From: Eledone cirrhosa | Taxonomy: Eukaryota | Assembly (NCBI GenBank): GCA_964016885.1 | Contig: OZ024741.1 | Span: forward strand, 284,518,001-284,582,000 | Direction: 5' to 3' | Length of the DNA stretch: 64,000 bases | Shown here: positions 56,579 to 64,000 of the stretch, one piece after another | Layout: each line of letters starts with the position of its first letter | How positions within the stretch are numbered: the first letter of the stretch is position 1 | The notes under the pieces: generated by a model | Databases searched by the model: none | The model's input: the letters and a program-made list of their open reading frames with translations, nothing else | What the model was told of the DNA's origin: nothing | Position numbers and translations under genes: made by a program

Positions 56579-58216
56579 AAACTGATCTTATCTTATATAT
56601 ATATATACATATATATATATGAATTAAAAAGTGACAAAGGCGCTGTGTGCTTACTAATAAATATTATTTAGAAAACGTAAGAGAAACACAAACATAAAGA
56701 AATGGCTTTCCTTTGTATATATATATATGTATGTGTGTGTGTGTGTGTTGTAAAATATCGTTGGATGTGAAAAAGGAAAAAAGGAAAACTGCTCAATCTG
56801 GTGTGAGAGCTGATACATTTTATTATTTATTTATCTTCATACATGGATCACAAAACGCTACCTAAGGTTTCAAGGTCTAAATTTTCACAATTACCCTAGA
56901 TTGTACATGATGGTGCTAAGTGAATGACCGAAGAAATGTTTGACTTAGTCGTCAGGCGCTTGGACGAGTTTTAAGATACCGTTAAAAATACACCGTTTTA
57001 AACGCTTCTTTTTGAAATAATTTATATATTCATTTACTTAGTATAACAAAGGGAAATAATTCAAGGTGTAAAATTGAAATAGCTATGTTTGTGTCCGTGT
57101 GTTTGTGCATACACAATAGTATGGTATTATGTGGTGGTATGTAATATAGATATTTTATACAAAGTTTGGAATTAGGTGGTATAGAAGGCCTACCGTATAC
57201 ATATGTGTAGAGAATTGAAAAGTTTAAAAAATATAGAAATCAATATTAAAAGGTGGTTGAAAATTAGGTGAATTCATTGAGTGCTTCCGCTTAGCAAGGA
57301 CATGGCCTTTGAAATGTAGACATCCTCTAAAAGTTTCGTTCTTAGAGTTCAAATAATTATTGTTCGCAGAAAACAAACCTTGTAATACACGAAAATCCAA
57401 ATCCCGGCCAGTAGATTTTGCCTTTTATCTTTCGGGGTCAATAAAGAAAGAACCCGTCCACTGCTGGTGCAGACGTCTTACCTTCTAGCTGTCACATACC
57501 GACTGTTCCGCTGGACCAAATGAAACAGGGACGAATGAGTGGCGTTTTGCTTCCGGCGTCGTGGGTGTAAGCGGTGTTACATATCAGAATTAACGCCATA
57601 CAAATGTTTCTTAAAACTCTGTGTTCTCTATGAAAGAAGCACATTTAATAAGTAAGCATGCATTTAATATTCGTATCTAATATAAACTATTTTAAAATCT
57701 ACTTTTCTTCATAACTAATCCCTGCTACCGCAAAACCCAAGACATTTATACACAAATAATACACTACTCCGCATGTGATTTTCCGGATGAAAATAACATT
57801 CTTCTTTTTAAAAAAATCTCACCAAAAAACCTTTTCATTTTTAATTGCTTGAAAAATTCAGGCTTATTTAGTACAATCAAGTGACGGCTTTTTTTGTACG
57901 TCCCCTGAGATGAAATAACTTTCTCTGTATTTCTTTAAAACATTTTTTAAAAAAGCCTCTTCAATTTCTTTACTCTATTGACTAAGATTCTTAGGTTTCT
58001 TTGGGACTCTCATCATCCAAATCCTGAATGAATGCCTTGACGATGCTTTAGAATTATGTGCTAATATTGAAGTCGAAACGTGATTAGACATTAATAAAAT
58101 AATTTGAAGAACCTCTTTGGTTGTCAATTGATGAAAAATATTTATGTTGTGTATTGTTCCCTATCGAGCTTCTTCGCATTTGGTAAGAAACTGGTATTAT
58201 ACCCAATTTATTCATC

Positions 58217-58257
<41 letters not shown>

Positions 58258-58381
58258 AACATATATATATACACACACATATATATATATATATACATAC
58301 ATATATATATATGGTAACATATATACATATACATATATACATATATATACATATATATATATACATATATATATACATATA

Positions 58382-58600
58382 GTGAAGGCGTGTGGCTGAG
58401 TGGTTAGAGAATTGGATTCGCAATCGTAAGGTTGTGAGTTCGATTCCTGGACCAGGCGATGCGTTATGTCCTTGAGCAAGACACTTTATTTCACGTTGCT
58501 TCTTCTACCTGGAGTTGCGACCGATAGATAGTATTAGCAATTGGAAAGACCAATGGAAACATTGTTTCCTCGGTCCGATTTGACGAAAGTCGATCGATTG
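58382..58600 (+). mobile_element. tRNA-derived SINE family B
   Basis: Near-identical to 43823-44040. Confidence 0.9.
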
Positions 58601-58639
58601 GAAAAAATATATATATATACATATACATATATATATATA

Positions 58640-58931
58640 TTAGAAAGTGAGATTTTTTTTACAAAATGAAAAATAACCGAGGTGTCCTACACGAGTGAAA
58701 GTATAAAGAAAAAAAGATGAAATCGAAAATGCAACTGGAGTCTTATTTAAAAATATATATATATATTTATTTGGTTCCTTACCGGTTTCGCAGTTCTTCT
58801 GGTTTTCAAAAGTAGAGTTGAGATGGAGGGTCTGTGTGTTTTCTCACATCTGACGTGAGAAAAGCCACAGACCCTCCATCTCAACTCTACTTTTGAAAAC
58901 CAGAAGAACTGCGAAACCGGTAAGGAACCAA

Positions 58932-58967
<36 letters not shown>

Positions 58968-59033
58968 AGATGAAATCGAAAATGCAACTGGAATCTTATT
59001 TTAAAAAAAATATATATATTTATTTGGTTCCTT
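58640..59033. mobile_element. PLE-type fragment with fold-back (about 58765-58937, pivot 58851) and an extra direct partial copy
   Basis: Inverted arms; family of 3190-3390; 58965-59033 repeats 58713-58780. Confidence 0.85.
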
Positions 59034-59118
<85 letters not shown>

Positions 59119-59120
<2 letters not shown>

Positions 59121-59475
59121 ATTGGATGGCACATATACCCGCCTCTTAATGAGAGTGCAAAACCTATCCTGGAAACGACATCCCACCTTGTCTAAAATCT
59201 ATGGCAAACTCCCTCGAGCCTCTGCCCTTCTAAAATCCCGGAGAGCTCAATTTGCTGGCCACTGTCACCGTGCCAGCAATGAAATCATATCCGCTCTCTT
59301 GCTCTGGTACCCTGACTCCAGCCTGACTAGGAGTAGGAAGCTGTCATTCCCTGACGTTATCTCTAGGGATACGGGAATCAGCAGACAGGACCTGGGGGCA
59401 GCGATGGGGGACAGGGGATTCTGGGGCATGAGAGTGAGATCCATCATCTCGACAGTAGTCGACGAGTGATGGTGA

Positions 59476-59480
<5 letters not shown>
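59119..59480 (+). mobile_element. RTEX-type LINE 3' fragment
   Basis: DGTYTRLLMRVQNLSWKRHPT..IYGKLP..RRAQFAGHCHR..LLLW..VISRDTG..AMGDRGFW; short gat/tga tail; (TA)n flanks. Confidence 0.88.
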
Positions 59481-59540
<60 letters not shown>

Positions 59541-59595
59541 GTATATATATATCTAAATAAATATACACGGGTGTGTATGATTGTGTATAGAAGAT

Positions 59596-59929
59596 TATAT
59601 TAATAAAAGGAATTCCAACTTTGTCTGATTTACTCGTTTTATTTACAATCCTTTAAAATTATAATGATATTATAATGAAATAGTATGGTAGAATATTAAA
59701 TGTTAAATGTTAAATGTTAAATGTCAAGTTTGCAATTTTCATTGAAAATTGCAAACTTGACTGTCACCACTGTGTATGAACCTGAAGTTTGCGAAAGCAT
59801 GACAGTACTTGTTCAATTAGGATTTAACATTTAATATTCTACCATACTATTTCATTATAATATCATTATAATTTTAAAGGATTGTAAATAAAACGAGTAA
59901 ATCAGACAAAGTTGGAATTCCTTTTATTA

Positions 59930-59934
<5 letters not shown>
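59596..59934. repeat. Fold-back with 113-bp arms and a nested 19-bp-arm hairpin (59723-59761)
   Basis: 59596-59708 is the reverse complement of 59822-59934. Confidence 0.92.
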
Positions 59935-59963
<29 letters not shown>

Positions 59964-59992
59964 GTATATATGTATATATATATATATGTATA

Positions 59993-60402
<410 letters not shown>

Positions 60403-60470
60403 TATATATATATATATATATATATATCAATGCTATTAATAAATGGAAACTATATTTATAAAACCATATT

Positions 60471-60531
60471 TATTCTATTATATATATTTCAAGGGTACCA
60501 AACCTTTCGTACGCTCTCATCAGATAAAATA
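60471..60531 (-). ncRNA. Type I hammerhead ribozyme, followed by a fold-back at about 60524-60634
   Basis: tattttat-CTGATGA-gagc-gtacgaa-agg-tttggtac-cctt-GAAA-TATATA-TA-atagaata. Confidence 0.75.
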
Positions 60532-60626
60532 CAAAGTGTGTTTTATAAATATTGACATATCCAGGGACGAGATCTTAACAGTTCAAGTTTTACCTGGATA
60601 TGTCAATATTCATAAAACAGACTTTG

Positions 60627-60632
<6 letters not shown>

Positions 60633-60711
<79 letters not shown>

Positions 60712-60773
60712 ATATATATATTATATATATAATATATATATATATATATAATATATATATTATATATATAATA

Positions 60774-60866
<93 letters not shown>

Positions 60867-60883
60867 TATATATATATATAATA

Positions 60884-60921
<38 letters not shown>

Positions 60922-60969
60922 TATATATTATATATATATATAATATATATATTATATATATATATAATA

Positions 60970-61017
<48 letters not shown>

Positions 61018-61070
61018 TATATATTATATATATATATATAATATATATATATAATATATATATATATTAT

Positions 61071-61146
<76 letters not shown>
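60633..61146. repeat. Long degenerate (TA)n tract (representative of dozens of TA/CA/GA microsatellites)
   Basis: About 500 bp of almost only A/T. Confidence 0.97.
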
Positions 61147-61149
<3 letters not shown>

Positions 61150-61349
61150 TTCATATATATTATTATTTGTCTGACCCGAATTTTCTTGGTCGTTTTTTCG
61201 GTTGTGCGAATGATTTTGAGCATTATCTCAGTGTGTTGGTATTTAAACGTTAGTTATAGCTCTGGTTTATCCAAACTATTGAGCACTTTGCCACACTTTT
61301 CGAAGATTGTGTTTCGTTATTTCGTGGGCCGAGATTCCAATTCTCGATA

Positions 61350-61403
<54 letters not shown>

Positions 61404-61405
<2 letters not shown>

Positions 61406-62815
61406 TACAGGGAAAAATGCGGGCGCATGTAAAGAAATATTCTTAAATTAATTGTTTCTACTTTTGGCACAAGGCCAGCAATTATCCCAGTACATTACTG
61501 GTACTTTATTTTATCGACCCCGTAAGGATGAAAGGCAAAGTAAACCTCGGCGGGATTTGAACTCAGATCGTAAAGAGACGTAACTATGCTGGAAAGCATG
61601 GCCTCCGACCTTCTACCTATACTGCCAATTAAATTAATAAACCTAGAAAAGTAAAGGACAAGTTATTACACCTGGAAAAGTAAAGGACAAGAAAACTTCT
61701 TCTTAAAACTTCTTAAAATATTGCAGCTATAGTATAAATTTGAATAATAAAAAATATTTGATTTAAATATACATAGAAAGTGATAAATTCTAATAATACA
61801 GTTGACTCGCTAATTGATAATAATACTAATTTATGATCATTTATTTAATTTTGTGATCCTAATTTACACCATAGTGGTTGGGTCATTAAATAAATATACT
61901 TTATTTTACTTTACTAAATGGCACTGAAAAAATGAGTGACAATTATAAACATCAAATAAAACAAAATTTTGGCGTGTAAATGACACTAACAATTAATTAA
62001 TAATTAATTAGGGAGCCAACTGTAATGATAAATAATAACAAATTATAATTGTTTAATAATGAAATTTAAGACTTGTCAGAGATCAAAATAACCAATCTAC
62101 ATTTTTAGGTAGAGTAAAATTAGACTACAATTAAAAATTAAACATTGTTTAATTCAACAGTTCATCTAATGAATTGATGAATTCACTATAATTGATTGAT
62201 TCACTATAAATCAATAATTGATGAATTGACTTTTACCTAATTTTGCCCCTTGGGATGTTGAATTTTACTATATTATAAAAAAAATCTGTAATACTCATAA
62301 AAAGTGCAATTATATGATGCACTGTTTTTGATTTATTTTACTGCATTATTTTATAACTAAATTTTTAAAAATATAATTTGATTAAGAGTGGAAATTTTAA
62401 ATATCTTATAACATAAATTAATAAATTGTACATATTAATTATTATTATTATTATTAATTAATTATTGTACAAATTATTGTACAAATTATTGTACACATTT
62501 TATTTTAAAAAGATTAATTTGTATACATCAAGAAAAAAATTAAGTATACAGTAGTCAACTCTCCCTATAAGACAGTCATTTTTCCAGTCCTTTAAAGTGA
62601 TATTTTTTTAACAATTAACTTATAATTATTTATTTTTAGTTTTATAATCTAAATATTTTTTTTCAAATTTAGACTTTAGCTGCAATATTTTAAGAAGTTT
62701 TAAGAAGAAGTTTTCTTGTCCTTTACTTTTCCAGGTGTAATAACTTGTCCTTTACTTTTCTAGGTTTATTAATTTAAGAATATTTCTTTACATGCGCCCG
62801 CATTTTTCCCTGTAA
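61404..62815. repeat. About 138-bp inverted repeats around an AT-rich spacer; left arm split by a SINE
   Basis: attacagggaaaaatgcgggcgc...atattgcagcta (61404-61729 minus the SINE) versus 62677-62815. Confidence 0.9.
61453..61628 (-). mobile_element. SINE family A with 10-bp TSD
   Basis: ttaaattaat at 61443-61452 and 61629-61638; single copy in the mirror arm. Confidence 0.93.
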
Positions 62816-62926
62816 TCCACTTTTTTTCCAGGCAAATGCAAGGATATTATATTAATATTAAAAATATTTATCAACAAATAAGTTAAATAAATAATAATGA
62901 ATAGGAAGAAGTGCAGATAGGAAAAG

Positions 62927-62999
62927 TAATCAGGGTGGGAATCGAACCCACGACCTTCGGATTGCGGGTCCGCTGCTCTACCGACTGAGCTACCTGACC
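62927..62999 (-). tRNA. tRNA-like cloverleaf (CGC anticodon position, Ala-like); probably a pseudo-tRNA or SINE head
   Basis: GGTCAGG TA GCTC AGTCGGTA GAGC A GCGGA CCCGCAA TCCGA AGGTC GTGGG TTCGATT CCCAC CCTGATT A; C at position 33, two G-T acceptor pairs, one anticodon-stem mismatch. Confidence 0.7.
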
Positions 63000-63303
63000 A
63001 CAATTCGCTATTGCACAATCTATCACTATTTTAATGTATTAGAAATTAGAAACAAACTAAGCGTTACTTATGTATGTAGTTCCTTACACTCTTTTGGTCC
63101 TCACTTATTTTTATGTAACTTTTTTTCTGCTGAACCAAATTTCAATATTTTTATGTCAAAAAGTAGCTTATCTGTGGTCCTATAAAGTGCAGAAAACCGC
63201 ATCCAATTCTATCAAAAATTGAATTAGTGACAAAGCTTAGAAGGTGTCGCGAGTGACCGAAATGGGACCTTAAGAATATTATACACCTACTACCGTAGGT
63301 GTA

Positions 63304-63403
<100 letters not shown>

Positions 63404-63443
63404 GATATTAAATAAATGGAAACTATATTTATAAAACCATATT

Positions 63444-63509
63444 TATTTCATTATATATATTTCAGGGATATCATATTAAAAATATGGTATGCCTTCTTCA
63501 GACAAAATA
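63444..63509 (-). ncRNA. Type I hammerhead ribozyme (diverged family member)
   Basis: tattttgt-CTGAAGA-agg-c-ataccatatt-ttt-aatatgatat-c-cct-GAAA-TATATA-TA-atgaaata. Confidence 0.8.
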
Positions 63510-63768
63510 CAATATAAACAGTCTTATAAATAGATAGATTTGACATACCTTACAACTTCAACTTCCATTTAAAAAGTTGATTTGGTAGTGAAAAATGTTA
63601 GGGACAGTTATAAAAAGAAAGAAAGAAAAAAAGTGAAGAAAAAGAAGAAATGCATGCAACTAAATAGAGAGAGATAGATATAGAGAGATAGATAGAGAGA
63701 AGAAATTCATGTAAAGAAACAGAGAGAGATAGATAGAGAGAGAAAAAACACAGAGGGAGATAGATAGA

Positions 63769-63799
<31 letters not shown>

Positions 63800-64000
63800 A
63801 AATAGAGAGAGATAGATATAGATAGAGATAGAGAGAAAGAAAATAGGTAGTTGGGCACCAGTTGAATGACGTATCAATGATATATTTATTTATTTATTTA
63901 TTTAGTTCTAGTATTAAGGTAGAGAGAGATATATGTGGTTAGGAGAGAAAACAGCCGTTACATAGAGAGAAAAGAAAAATATCCAGACATAAACGAGGCA

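Noticed and set aside
57480-58220. Possible hAT transposase or MITE remnant
   Set aside because: No clear TIR pair or diagnostic motif.

Overview
AT-rich, microsatellite-saturated eukaryotic DNA, most likely from a cephalopod such as Octopus (inferred from the SINE types and the (TA)n/(CA)n/(GA)n density). No intact host gene is visible, and nearly all ORF-track entries are microsatellite translations (YI/HT/ER/CV/poly-S). The window is a transposon graveyard: Penelope-like elements (PLEs; RT and GIY-YIG remnants), RTE/BovB/Expander and CRE LINE fragments, mariner and hAT-Charlie transposase relics, a Helitron-like element and many tRNA-derived SINEs. The most notable hidden structure is about 20 full or partial type I hammerhead ribozyme (HHR) motifs found by eye. 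They sit in short elements lodged in (TA)n tracts, arranged as fold-back palindromes (often pivoting inside the ribozyme), as a 310-bp tandem, and as a retrozyme-like unit with HHRs 521 nt apart. Scattered cadherin-like peptide motifs on the minus strand may be a heavily decayed host gene (low confidence). All calls come from manual reading and boundaries are approximate.
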